A stretch of 63,647 bases of DNA, filler included, from Choristocarpus tenellus KU-1152 (GCA_964200185.2; 13 parts of 13 records of this genome joined end to end with filler, not necessarily neighbours in it); one strand, 5' to 3'. Positions 1 to 12,055 are shown, counted from the whole stretch's first letter. Program-made: numbers and translations. Notes: generated by a model not told the origin, from the letters alone.

Positions 1-40
1 CAAATGGACAGCCGCCACCCCCTCCCAGATACTTTGAGCC
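1..40 (-). mobile_element. Terminus of a repeat family related to the MITE (G..CAAAGTATCTGGGAGGGGG type)
   Basis: Identical to 27152-27191. Related ends occur at 4955-4976, ~15750-15774, 23294-23315, 40785-40841 and 54431-54455. It shares the CAAAGTATCT terminal motif and the GTCCATTTG motif with the 260-bp MITE. Confidence 0.75.
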
Positions 41-284
41 TGGTCTTAGCTGAGCCTGGCTAGGTCAACACAAGTGTTCGTGCTTGGTTCTGCGTTGCTG
101 ATGGTTTCTGACTTTGTAGAGCGTTGAGGTGTTGGTGGTTGGCGACGCTTATTGTTCTCGCCTTGGTATTCTATAGGATTCGTGATGTTAATGCTTGAAC
201 TATTATTGCCTCTAGTCTTGCTACGCACGTACTCTGCCCCTCAACATCTCTCTTATCACTTCCACACGATGGTACACTACCCAG

Positions 285-2048
285 AGACTGTGCTGAAACG
301 GAATACAAACCTCAAGCCTTCTATTCTGGGAATACACCTGCGGTAAGGGCGAGAGGCGATGCGAACATCGACCCGGCTCTGAGAGAGTTGTATGGAGGAC
401 AAGCTGGACGCCAGTGGCCTCTCAGGTATCTATATGATGCCGGGATAAAGCACGCTAACGGTAACTTCTATGAGCCCGAGGGGATTGCCATCAGACATGG
501 TATTTGTGGCGATCCTGGCAAGGTAAGCGTTGTGATCCCCCCTTATCATTTTAACGTGATGCTGGCAAATAGATCCCACTTTCTTTCAAGTATTTTTTTC
601 AAAGTTTCAGGTGGGTGACCTCATCCCACAATGTTAAGAGTGGTCAGCACAAATATGCGTACATTTTAGGCAGGCGCTGTAACGCGTAGTTCGTATTTCG
701 TTCTTGCCCCATACCCAACTAGGGAAGACCAGAAGGTGACAACACTTACGGGGCCGCCAACTCTGATTTTCCAGTAACAAAATACTACACTAACGGCTCT
801 GTCATCGAGATCAAGACAGTCACCACAATCTACCACTGGGTGCGTACAAATTGTGCATTCTCAAGAGATGTTTAAAATTATTTGAAATAGTATAGTATAT
901 ATTCACCACCAAACAATAATCAATAGTAGTGATGCTATACTATGAAAGTAATGGCTCTGAATTGATGGTCACTATTGTATTTCTCATGAAAAAGAGCACA
1001 ACAACTTTGTGCAATATGGAAAACCATGGGGATACAAGTCATGTTGCCTCTGCCCTCTCCCCACGTCTTCCTCCAGGGTCACCTTGAGTTTTTCCTCTGC
1101 GATGCCAAGGACCTCGATGATCCTGATGGTCCAGTGACTCAGGAATGCCTCAACAAGTACCCGCTCTCCCGTGCCCCAGATGATGAGTACAACGGCCCAA
1201 TAGACCCTGATCATATGGGCAGGTACTTTGTTGACCCACCATGCAGAGCTACAGAGACAGATCAAACCTATTACCCTGAGTATATTGGATGGGGCCAGGT
1301 CTCCACAATGCGCTACATGCTTCCTGAAAGTCTCATCTGTGAACGCTGCATAATGCAGATGATCTACTGTGAGTGTGTTGTTGATAGGAACCATGTATGC
1401 TGAAGATATTCCACCATCTAGGAGGTATCCTAAGTAGAAGGAAATACATCAAGCAACCACGTTCTCTTTGACTTTATGCAAGTATCAGTTCTATATGGTA
1501 GATCACATTTGTCCAGAGAGAAACATGGTGGGAAATATATACTCTGGTGATATGATCAGGGTAGGACGTTTCAACCTTGGACACATAAGAAGGGATACTT
1601 GACAAAAATAGTTGGGTTTCTTTCGATTTAGAAGAAGATTCCCTAGAGTTGTAGGTGAACCAGATGATGCATTGTAAACAATCCAGGGTCTACTCAACAT
1701 TTTTGGAAATTTTTTGTCGTATGTATGATCGCATTTCTTTGTCCCAAGCACCACCCACGAGTAAGTGTAATTTATCCCTGATCCTCATTGTCCCTCTTCC
1801 ATTGATCAAACCACACCTCTCAACCTGTTACTTGCTCGTTTTACCTTTCATTCAACCCTCTTGTTCCAGACACAGGAGACAAGTGCATTTACCCTGGGTA
1901 CAGGGAGTTCAATCCCACGTCCCTGCCCAATGGTTGCGCCAACAGTAAGGACGACTGGATTAACCCCAGCACGGACTTTCCGAACTGCGGTGACGTTGGT
2001 GGCTACCCACAAGAATTTTGGAACTGCGCTGACATCTCCATATATTAG
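285..2048 (+). CDS. Lytic polysaccharide monooxygenase, AA15-like (chitin-binding type 3 / LPMO fold), 5'-partial, at least 4 exons
   Basis: Exons ~285-522, 723-839, 1077-1368 and 1870-2048 join in phase across GT-AG introns. The protein reads ...RHGICGDPGK|GRPEGDNTYG...IEIKTVTTIYHW|GHLEFFLCD...CERCIMQMIY|YTGDKC...PQEFWNCADISIY*. The motifs GICGDP, HxGxxEF (second His of the copper brace), CxxCxxQxxY and EFWNCADI are typical of AA15. The signal peptide/His1 exon was not found, and the start of the first exon is tentative. Confidence 0.85.
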
Positions 2049-4107
2049 GAGTGGGGGCAGGGGTGGTGGTGGAGGCAGTCCCAACAGATCAAGCCTCTCT
2101 ACAATATTGCGTTGAACAGAAAGAACCACGCTCCATATAGAAAAGAAGATCACACAATATCCAAGAGAGTGGTGTTCACACGTGACATATTCTATTGCAT
2201 GAGAATAATGATGAGAAAAGACCGTGCACAATACTCCAGCATTTTTTTCATCTTGCGCCAGTTGAAGAAAAAAACAAAAGTCAAGAACTAGATAGGACAA
2301 TCAGATAGATGTAGGTTTTAGAGCAAACCTTGTCGGATGAGAGAAGATAGACTGCGAGAAAGAAGATCAAACTGATGATTGACAATGGAGAGTTTATTTT
2401 GTTCGCTTCCCTTCTTCGTTCCATGAAATGGTGTAGGAATAATTAACAGAAGCACATGAAACCTTATTTTCTCAGTACTACAAATAGGTGAAGTCAGCTC
2501 TTGCTGAACATCTAAATCGCCATCAGTTCAGGCATCGAAAGTTCACCACAATGTTAGAAAATATATATGTTATTTTCTCACACAATGTACGCATATGAAT
2601 ATTTTGGGGCAATTGTACACATTTGAGTATGTATTTGGGGAGGACGATAGGTATCGGATTCCCAACGAAAAAAGATGGCCAATGAACTATAGATCCCCAA
2701 ATCTGTCCACAGGATTTCAGGGAGGAAATAATCAACGACCAACGGAAGATGCAACTCATCTTTCCTCTGGAAATTGAACGTTGAAGCATTGTGTTTCACA
2801 ATTATGTAAAGTAGTCACCTTCAATACCCTACAATCACGGCTATTTAATATTATACTTTCGTGAATAAAACGGTGAACTTGCGTCCACCAACACTAACAA
2901 TAAATGCCAATCATTCCCAACGAACATACGCATGTTTGTCAAATGTCAGGGACAGATTCCATAATTTGGGATATCCAGCGTATTGATATGTGATACAGCG
3001 CACAGTCATACGCATTATGCGCGCAACATGTTGTCCTTGAGGCACAAGTGACCAACCACGGTATGCCCATATCAAGAAAAACAAGGGAGTCGCAGGTAAA
3101 AGGCAACAATACTACTGTTGAACAAGAGTACGCATCATGTAACATAGTGAAAAACAGTAAAACCAACAACTCGACTAATAAGCAGTAGTGGGGAATAAGA
3201 AGGCATGATTAGCAACACAAAAGAACCAGACCAAAAAAACACTAGTTAGTACGTCTGCCAGCTTTTTTTACAATATTGTTCATTTGTGCATTCTGAAATT
3301 GCGTATGCTGTCAAGAAGGGAACAAGAAGAAACATAGGACACTAAAAATACTGCAGTTTGTCGGCATCCTTCATTGCACTGCTTGGGTTTGAATCCAGTG
3401 AAAGCCAGACTCCTTTAATGGAAATCTGCTTTCGATAGACCACGTATCAAGCACAATGGAAAGGCATACCTGCATCCTTTTGTCTGTCGATTAGCCAAAA
3501 AACCTCCAACATTGAAAACTTGATTCATGGCGGCAAAACTTCATTGTGGTCAGCATAGTCTGCACAAGTTTTGTTGAAGAAGGTAGTGTGACAATCTGCG
3601 AGATTATTGAAACCAACATGCGAGAAAAATACGGGCACACACACCGGGCAGTGAAATTACCCGTAATGATGGTGTGCAACAGTATTTTGTTTGCAGTTTT
3701 ATGAGAAGCACCACAGCATGTACTGACTCATCACAGATCAGGGCTAGGTAGGTTGAGGTGGGGTTGAACGATTGATGGAAGTGGTTCCAACCTCTGGACG
3801 AAAGTGGCACAACAACGATAATAGAACATACTCTGGTGTATATAATATACAACATTTGAGGTCAGTAGATAGGTTAGACATTTAATGATACTACGCACTA
3901 TACTGAATTTATTTTAGCAACAATAACAGTGAGGTGACCAGAAAGTAATTATGTACTCTTTCGCACAGAGTTAGTTGCATGCAGAGGGGGTGATCAGTTC
4001 CCAAAGGCGTGCATGTTACTTGCCCATGGAAAACGGAAGCAAGGTGGACAGGAGAGGCACAGTTGGATATGCTGCAAGATGATCTCAGGTAGTTAGGGTT
4101 CAATGTT

Positions 4108-4349
4108 GAGCCAAAGTATCTTAGAGGGTAGAGCCGTGTCCATTTGGGGGCCAAAATCCAATGTTGCGATTTTGATATAATTTTTTGGCTATTGTATTTG
4201 TTAGGAGGCGTCAATATCCTTGTTCCGGACACGCCTTTTCATAACGTATACATTCTACCTACTCCTAAATATTTTGGAGTAGAAAAATGCCATAAAAACC
4301 CCGAATGGCAAACAGGGCAAAACTCGTAGCCTCTAACATACTTTCACTC
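4108..4349 (+). mobile_element. MITE copy 1 (non-autonomous DNA transposon with GAG...CTC termini)
   Basis: Terminal inverted repeats GAGCCAAAGTATCTTAGAGG / CCTCTAACATACTTTCACTC, flanked by a GTT...GTT 3-bp duplication. Contains the internal palindrome CTACTCCTAAATATTTTGGAGTAG. Confidence 0.9.
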
Positions 4350-4499
4350 GTTACAGTAAAGAGTGAGACCTATCCATAACGTGGGGTCTTGCCCTACCCT
4401 TCATAATCATCCTTCTAAACAATCTTAGAAGTTATCGAAAAATAATTTCCTAGAACATTATTCGAATATCACAATATTCTAATTTTCCTTTCCATCACA

Positions 4500-4954
4500 A
4501 TATTGCTTCAAAGACATTTGTTAGTTCATGTATAGTAATAGCAACATTGCATGTGTACCGTACTTCAAAGCATCTCCTCATGCGAACACGTATTTTCTTC
4601 TATATTTCTCTCCTGTTTTCCCTACTTTTTCATCTTTTATTCCATAACAGTTTACCAATTGCGGCCAATAATTCAAACGATACTCACATTCTTACTGTAG
4701 GAATAGTAATGAATAGTGCAGTGTGTAGTGTCTCTGACCTGGCTTGGGATAGTCCCCAGACTAAAGTGAGGATAAGAGATAAAAATAATTTGATATGAAA
4801 ACTATGTCCGTTGTCATAACTGTTATTGCCGTATATCTAATACTGTCATATCGTTTTTTAATTCCTTCTCAGGGATCCTGATTTCCAGTGAAGGATCTCC
4901 CATGAGAGTCCATGGAATCTCTTCAAGAGATCAGTCCCACAGGTGGACTCTCTC
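4500..4954 (-). mobile_element. Decayed reverse-transcriptase C-terminal relic, Penelope-like (tentative)
   Basis: The broken minus-strand reading gives MTVLDI...YDNGHSF...ISYPHFSLGTIPSQ. This resembles the FLD..YDK..YP..S.IP thumb region of Penelope-like RTs, but it has many stops and frameshifts. Confidence 0.4.
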
Positions 4955-4976
4955 GGGTCAAAGTATCTGGGGGGGG

Positions 4977-5076
4977 NNNNNNNNNNNNNNNNNNNNNNNN
5001 NNNNNNNNNNNNNNNNNNNNTTAATTAATTAANNNNNNNNNNNNNNNNNNNNNNNNNNNNNNNNNNNNNNNNNNNN
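4977..5076. other. Artificial contig-joining spacer (first of 12)
   Basis: N44-TTAATTAATTAA-N44, which gives stops in all six frames. Identical spacers occur at 12103-12202, 15526-15625, 20111-20210, 23194-23293, 27051-27150, 32437-32536, 36905-37004, 40842-40941, 49341-49440, 54456-54555 and 59491-59590. Confidence 0.99.
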
Positions 5077-5116
5077 TTTATCACCTTTATCCTCTTTGAT
5101 GATTTTGGGGAACACA
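5077..5116 (+). mobile_element. End of an LTR related to the solo LTR at 26529-26785
   Basis: TTTATCACCTTTATCCTCTTTGATGATTTTGGGGA nearly matches 26741-26775. Confidence 0.6.
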
Positions 5117-6897
5117 TTCTTCGACTGACTATACGAAAGGGTGCATTCTCTCACCAGGATACAAACTCACTCGGTCGCTGTCATGTCTTCCTGAGGAACC
5201 TGAAGGAGGTGTCCGGTGACGCTCGGGTCTTCCACTGTAGATGGGTCGCTTAGGAGATCATCGTGGGTCCTAAGAGAGTCAGACAGTAGTTGCTCAAGAA
5301 GCTCGATGCGGAAAGGGGTAAGGGCATCACTACGTGGGCGTGGTGTATTGCGATAGTGGGCACGGTCTTTGGGTAAGGCCCACAATCCTCCTTGAACCCT
5401 CTCTAAAGATTTGGTTAGAGCGTCAGCGAAAAAACGGGGTTGTTTGACATGGTTGGGGCGGAGTTATCTGCACGTACTCCAAGAAAGACGGGGCCGTTGG
5501 CAGGGTCTCCAAGTTTGTTATGAATGCGTTCCATGGTTTTAACACAATCTTGACGGTAATGCATGTCAAGGTTGCGCTCCTGCCTATCGGGTTGTGACTC
5601 ATGCAACGAGGCTTGTGTACAACTCATGAATCTCTCTTTGCAACTCTGCCTCAACCTCTCTGGACCGACGTACCGTACTCAGGCTATTCCTTCGAGGTGG
5701 TCTGGGTGATACAGACCTGTGTGAAGAATAATTATCTCTGGTCCGAAGGTGACGACACGGTGAACGGGTGCAGCCTCTGCGTTCTTCTTTGGTCCTCCGT
5801 CCGTGTCGATGAGAGCGCCTGTCCCAAGATCTCGACCTGGAGCGGGATCTGCCACGAGCGGAAGACCGAAAACGAGCGCGTTCTCTGCAACTGTCTTGAT
5901 GTTCATCAGCACGGACACCACTGCGACCAGAATTGCCTTGAGTTGTGGTACTAGACTGGAATCTCTCGGAATCATCGATTCCTTGGAGGATCTGTGGGTC
6001 GGAGGCGACCTCAGCTCCTTGCGAATACTGTGAGCCAGACATGTCTGTAAACCTGGGGAATAAAGGGCAACATGGCAACCAAAAGAGAACAATGAATGTG
6101 TGAGTAAAGGAACGCAGAACAATTGACTACCTAGGCAACGTCTCGACCATGGTGGTCAAAGACCACTCATTTTAAGACTATAGGCGAGTGATGTGGCTAC
6201 CAGAGGACGCTCGTTTTACGGCTAGAGAGGGGCGATTCCCTCAGAGCCACAGAAGCCCTCAGATCCATGAAGACGACGAACCCAAGAGGGAAAATCCCGT
6301 AGACGACGGATGATGACCACAGCCCAAGGGGGAAAGAAAATAATCCAGGAAGCTACAAAGAATCCTAAGTGTTGAGGTGAATAATGAGTAATCCCTCCAG
6401 TTTGAAGAGAGGAGGTAGGACCTCCATGTTACAGGCACCCCTCGGAACTCACCTCCACAGGATCTGGAACTCAAATCCAACGACCTTAAAAGGACATTAT
6501 GGGGGCGTTGCCTTTTACATCGGGTTGTAGGGTGTCAGATAGCCTTCTCTTGATATTCCACTCAGTGCTTAGCTCAAAGCTTGACTCAATGTTTCATTCC
6601 AAAGATAGACTGAGGCTAAGCGAGGTAGAAGTGTTACCACTTGAAGCTCTCTTATTATTTTCACCATCGACCCAATTTCGTTGGTCTTCTATCAGCTACT
6701 CTCTAGGTACTCCAATCATAAGCCTCTATTCTTCAACTTCTTGGCGACTTTAACATTTTCCTCTGTAATGAATGTTGTGTAGGTATTCCGAATCTTACTC
6801 TGCATCTTCTTAAAATAGTCACTTATTCCGTAAGGCTACCCATGTGTTACTAATATCGCATATAGTTCGTACTTGCAAGAACTCGAGAAACAATCCT
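5117..6897 (-). mobile_element. Multi-copy retroelement relic (Penelope-like, tentative): ORF tail, leader with intron, Arg/Ser-rich N-terminal ORF
   Basis: Region 5950-6480 is homologous to ~39790-40300 (+), and its 6430-6480 part to 51840-51910 (-). Both long copies keep a putative donor (CCTAG|GT) and acceptor (CAG|) about 80 nt apart. The RS-rich ORF at 5599-6078 is decayed downstream. The upstream tail reads KDCFSSSCKYELYAILVTHG*P. Confidence 0.5.
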
Positions 6898-6899
6898 TA

Positions 6900-8590
6900 C
6901 ACTGTACGTCTGTTACAAATGTTCGTATTTCCCAAAACATGAGGAGAAAATGCTCGCGCTATTCACGTGTAACAAATGCTCGAACTTCGTTAAAATACAA
7001 GAAGAAACGCTCGCGCTAATCGCCTGTAACATTCCAGTATGGTATTTCGCCGCCTCCACAAGGGCATTCGGAGGGAACTTACCCTCCGTCAGGGCCTTTT
7101 CCTTGTTAAGACGGGTGATGTTGAAGATGTTGTCACCCTTGGACCTCAGCACTTCACTGTAGACTACGAAGAGACACTGCCAGGGGCGCTCTAGTGTCTC
7201 CTTGGGGTACACATCGAACACCTCCATTGTGGCCTACACCAGCTACTCTGTGTTGGTCACCCCCACATCTTCCTTCATTTGCTCGATGGAGTGAAATAAT
7301 TCCAGGTTGTTGACATTGAGATCAGGTGAGTGGGCTGGCTGGGTCTCTATGACAATGTCATCACCCACCGCCTCCTCGATTGCCTCCATGATCCATGATC
7401 CCCCCTTGGTGTGTGGCTTTGCCCCGTCCTGCTGCATGAAGATGTCGTGCGCTTCCGGCCTGGGGCATGTGAGCCTTGATTGCAGGGATGAAATCCTTGA
7501 TCATGAGCTTCTTATACCTCTCCCTGCCCACCTTGATGTGTGACTTTGCCCCGTCCTGCCGCATGAAGATGTTGTGTGCTTCCGACCTGGGGCATGTGAG
7601 CCTTGATTGCAGGGATGAAATCCTTGATCATGAGCTTCTTATACCTCTCCCTACCCACCGTGACTGGCACAAACACCTTGGTGCTCTTGGGGCGGTGTTT
7701 GCTGGAGCACTGAGCAACCTTAGTGTCCACGATTGGCCAGATCCCGATTTTCCCATCGAACCACATCCAGTTGGAGACCTTCCTAGGGTGGGTCATAGCT
7801 GCAAGGAACATCACCTTCGTAGTGTAATGCTTATTCTGTGCCCATCTTTGAAGATGTAAGATCCAAAGTATCTTAGAGGGTAGAGCTGCGTCCATTCGGG
7901 GTCCAAAATTCAAAGTTGCGAATTTGATGTAATTTTGTCTATCGTGTCTGTGAGGAAGTGTCAATATCATTGTTCTGGACGCACCTTTTCATAACGTAAA
8001 CATTTTCCTACTCCAAAACATTTTGGAGTAGGAAAATGTCAAGAAAAAGCTCATGGGAAGCCAAGCCCCCCAAACAGACAAACGGGGCAAAACTCGCACC
8101 CTCTGAGATACTTTCACTCTAAACTACTTCTAGTCCACACGCACCCAGTTATATAGATCTTCCGCTAATACCCCACTTCCCACCCTCCTGTGTATGTGCC
8201 CAATGACAAAACCCACCCCGTTGACTTTCTGCTGGTCTGAGAAGACTGGCATAAACCACCGTTTGACCTTCTTCACCTTCTTGTACTCTCACAGGTCCCA
8301 CAATGAGGCAAGGGAGACCCCAGCTTTGGCCGCCCATTTGCGGAAGGATGTGTAATGTACGAATGGGACATCCCAAACGTTGAGGATACTTGTACAGTGG
8401 CCACATAGCCCCTTGCTGTGTCATACAAGGTCCATGCATTTTCAACTCAACACCATCGCAGTGGAAATTTTTGGGCGCCTTGGTAAGTAAGCAGAAAGGT
8501 TTCTGGATGAGTTGGCTACACACACAGTCTGGGAGAGAGGGTTGGGACGCTACAGTAGGAAAGGAGCTATCAAATCCCGTTTACGACAGA
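6900..8590 (-). pseudogene. Mariner (plant/oomycete DD39D-type) transposase pseudogene
   Basis: Motifs VRVD*K*F (from HVDEKWF), KVMFLAA, WFDGKIGIWP, QQDGAKPH and QPAHSPDLNV. It carries stops, frameshifts, a ~122-bp tandem duplication (about 7420-7655) and a MITE insertion. TA at 6898-6899 precedes the likely element end. Confidence 0.85.
7860..8119 (+). mobile_element. MITE copy 2, inserted in the mariner transposase
   Basis: GATCCAAAGTATCTTAGAGGG ... CCCTCTGAGATACTTTCACTC, with a TAA...TAA 3-bp duplication. Confidence 0.9.
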
Positions 8591-10094
8591 TAGTGTCGTC
8601 ACAACACAAGTGGCTCTGTCAAAAGAGGTGTCATGCGTTTTAAGCTGGAGAGACGAGGGAGATGGGCAAGGAGGGGTCTGATTCATGGAATGCTTCCCTA
8701 GCCTCTCACGCTGGGGTACAGGACTAAGCTGGGTTAGAGGCACAGTAAGGGAGCGGTGTAGCATAGGTGGTAGTAAAAGAGTAACTAGATTAATGTCTTT
8801 CACATATATGACAACGGATACTTTTTTAGGTGTTGTTCTGACTTGTGAATGGTTTTCATTGGTTTTTCATATTACTTTGAAGTCCTAGATTTTATGTATT
8901 ATAGCTATTTTCCCCCTGACACATTTTTTTTCAAAATGTCAGAGGGCATAATAATAAAAATACATAATATTTACGACTTCAAAGTCATAATGGCGCCTAT
9001 GAAATCGTTATCAAGACATATCTCCTTGATCAGTAGGGCTAAGCTAGGTTGGAGGCATAGCATGGGCGTGGTGTGGTACAGCTGGAAGTCAAATAGTAAA
9101 TAGCTTTTGAAGAGTTATCGTTAACATTTACAACTCTTACTTTTGTAGGGGTGCTTATGATAATAAATTGTCTTTTTCCCGGACACATCTGCAAAATGTT
9201 AGAGGGCAAATATATGTATTTGTCAGTTAGAGGAACGGTATGGCGTTGTGCATTTACCACGAACGGCGCAAGTAGTTCTATGAATACCGTCAACAGATAT
9301 TTCTTTCTGTCATATTACCATACTGGGGATAAAAACGGAACCAATCGGTAACAACGCAGGTGGCCCTTTCTAGACGTGTCATGCGTTTTATGCTGGAGTC
9401 ACCAGGGAGATGGGCAAGGAGGGATTTGGTGGATACTTGGGATGCTTCCCTAGCTCCTCACCCTGAAAAGCAGGAATAGGTAGATTGGAGATACAGGAAG
9501 GCGTGGTTCAACATAGATAATGAAATAAAAAATAGATTAATGTTCGTCACATTTGTGGCAACTTTTGCTTTCTTGGAGATTTTTCTGACATGTGAATACT
9601 TGTTCCTTTTCTGTTTACACACCTGGAAAATGTCAGAGAGCATAATAATAAAAAACGAAAACAATTAAGTTCCAACCATACTGCATATGAAACCACTGAC
9701 GAAACTAAGTACTACTGATATTATAGAACTAAGTAGTGTCAGTCAACATTATTATTATTTTTCACTTCTCATCAGCCTATAAAATGCCTGAAAATAACGT
9801 AAGTCCCAAACATGAATGATTTGTCGTTGTTTGTACCGGCAGTAGTAGTAGTAATTAATTCTAATATGTACTGCTATGCCTTTTGACATTTTGCAGACAT
9901 GTCAGGGGAAAAGCCAAACCTATATAGCAAGGTTTCCTGTCAAAGCAACAGTTGTCGTAAATGTGAAAGATAAATATCTAAATATATTATGCTATTCCTC
10001 CAACCTAGCTTAGCCCTACACAAGGTTTCGAGGGGCTAGGGAAACGTCCCAAGAATTTGACAGGCCCCTCATTGCCCATATGTTTGGTTCTATA

Positions 10095-11238
10095 CTGTGT
10101 TGGCAGTCGCCTCCTGCATCAACTTTGTCGTGCCATAACTTTTTTTTATCAACAACATTTTTTTTAATGGAAATTCATTTGTTGTAATCGCATCAGCATG
10201 CTTAACCTTATTTGATGGGTCTCAGTTGGTCAACTTACAGTAATCGTGAGAGATACAGGACCATACTTAAATCAAGTAGTCCGTGAGCACGGTTTGCGTG
10301 GGGGTGCCATGCGGCGCATGCAAACCGCGCATTCAAGGATGATTTTGACGCCTGAAGAGGTCATCTTCACCAGGAGGAGAACATGGGCGTTATTGTCTCT
10401 CCGCTCTATTTCCATTATTTCCCGTTTATGCGATGTTGTCACCTGCTGGCTAAGGCTCACTCATGGGGACCCAGGCCTCTGAACCAGGCAATCCATGCCA
10501 AGTCAATGAGGAATTATGAAGAAACAGGCCTCCTGTAAGACTTCAATGTCTTGTACACCTTGTCCAATTTGGTGCACTTCATATCTTTCTCGTTGGAGTA
10601 TATCAGGTGGTAAGCAATACTCAACCTGAAGAACTTCTCCACAATTACTCTGGACGGTCGCCCTTCCTCCTTAAGACTAACAGGAATGTTGACTCTCATT
10701 CCAGGTAATGTGTAGTCACAGTGGCCTCGTACATAGTGCTTCGCCCACCCCCAGACCATCTCTATCGGGTTCAATTCACAGTGGTAGTTTGGAAACATCA
10801 AGCAGTGTCCTCGACGACGCTCAACCAGAATCGTGTCCTGTGAGTGGCTTAAACAGTATTAAGCCAAGGTTAACCTACGTACCTTTTGGGGGGTGACCAA
10901 TCTTGATTGTTTTGAAAAGGTTGCCCAACGAGTTGATCAATGATCAGCATATCGAATGAAAGCTCTGGATCTAGGCTATCGATTTACCCCCAAGGAATTC
11001 TTTCGCAAAAAATATTCTTGGTCGTGATATTTCATTCCGGAACATTCCCAATATTGTACCGAAAACATTTGGTTAAAATTTAACCCTACCAAAATAATTT
11101 TCCGAAAAACTTCCTTTCCGGAAATCGATAGCATAGATCAAGACCTTTCATTCGATATGGTGATCGTCGTTTAACTCGTTGGGCAACCTTTAAAAAAAAT
11201 GAACATTGGTATCATTCTAGAGGTGACTGTCAACACTG
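10095..11238 (-). mobile_element. Internally deleted IS630/Tc1/mariner element retaining the C-terminal DDE segment
   Basis: TA|CTGTGTTGGCAGTCGCCTC ... GAGGTGACTGTCAACACTG|TA gives a 16/19 TIR with TA flanks. ORF 10514-10801 reads FPNYHCELNPIEMVWGWAKHYVRGHCDYT, which is the P..LNPIE..W motif. Confidence 0.8.
10916..11191. repeat. 70-bp imperfect inverted repeat (fold-back) inside the Tc1-like element
   Basis: 10916-10985 (AAAGGTTGCCCAACGAGTT...CATATCGAATGAAAG...CTATCGATTT) pairs with 11122-11191. Confidence 0.9.
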
Positions 11239-11284
11239 TACCTTGACACGTGCAACACATCTTGAAAGGGACTTGCGTAAGGTA

Positions 11285-12055
11285 GTACCAGTAGCTTCGC
11301 CCTCTGTGGCAATCTTGAGTTTGTTCACGGGAACTTCACAACATATATATATAACAATATATATCAAATCAAAGGGTTTGAAGGGTTGTACTGGATTTTA
11401 TTGAGACTTCGGGGAACGGGAGCTATGTCCTGATCAAATAATGGAAAAAAACGCGGGGGAATATCTCTGGCGCAAGTTTGAAGGCCACGACTTCAAAATC
11501 AACAAAAATAAAGTGTTGAATGAACTCCTTCCAGAAATCTGGTCCGGGGTAGGTCCCTGTCCAAGTTTGGCTGCTGTGATGTTCCCGAAAAAAATCATGA
11601 TTTCCGGACATCTTTCTAACACCTTTGCAGACTTTTTGTGAACACACACACACGTCACTTACACAACAACATGAACCACGACGGTGAGACAAGGAGAGTC
11701 GCCGAGGTCACTCTGCCCTCTGGATCTACCCTCGGCACCTTCTCTGTCGAGAGGCAACAAAAAAACATACCGTGTGAAACTCAGTGCGATGTTAGGTGAC
11801 AAGAAAGTGTGAGTAGTGTGGCGCCGCAGCATATTCGAACCGTGAAATGGACCATGCGGTCGCAACACTGACACTGGGAGAAGATGCATTGAAAGCATTA
11901 CCACACAACATGGTTGGGTCTTCAACCATAACCGAGCGCTGCTCTGCAGTCTCTGCAGCCTTGGGAAAGCAGGAAGAGAACAACGAGTCCATCACCAGGT
12001 GTGGTACAATGATGAAGTCTGTGGAGAAGCCTGGTCATGGCAGGCGAAGGGAGTG
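11285..12055 (+). mobile_element. 5' region and ORF start of a large DNA-transposon family
   Basis: 11285-11828 matches 37403-37975 (reverse strand). ORF 11847-12065 (ESITRCGTMMKSVEKPGHGRRRE) matches ORF 38936-39502. Confidence 0.7.

Larger units (their letters stand above)
8592..11280. mobile_element. Non-autonomous long inverted-repeat element family (nested copies)
   Basis: The block GTGTCATGCGTTTTA.GCTGGAG...GGGAGATGGGCAAGGAGGG...TGCTTCCCTAGC occurs at 8628 and 9376. A diverged inverted copy lies at ~10005-10085 and appears to resume after 11240. Confidence 0.55.

Noticed and set aside
5077-5116. Minus-strand peptide IIKEDKG resembling the Penelope DKG motif
   Set aside because: The same DNA is the end of the solo LTR at 26529-26785 (TG..CA termini, 5-bp TSD), so the motif is probably coincidental.
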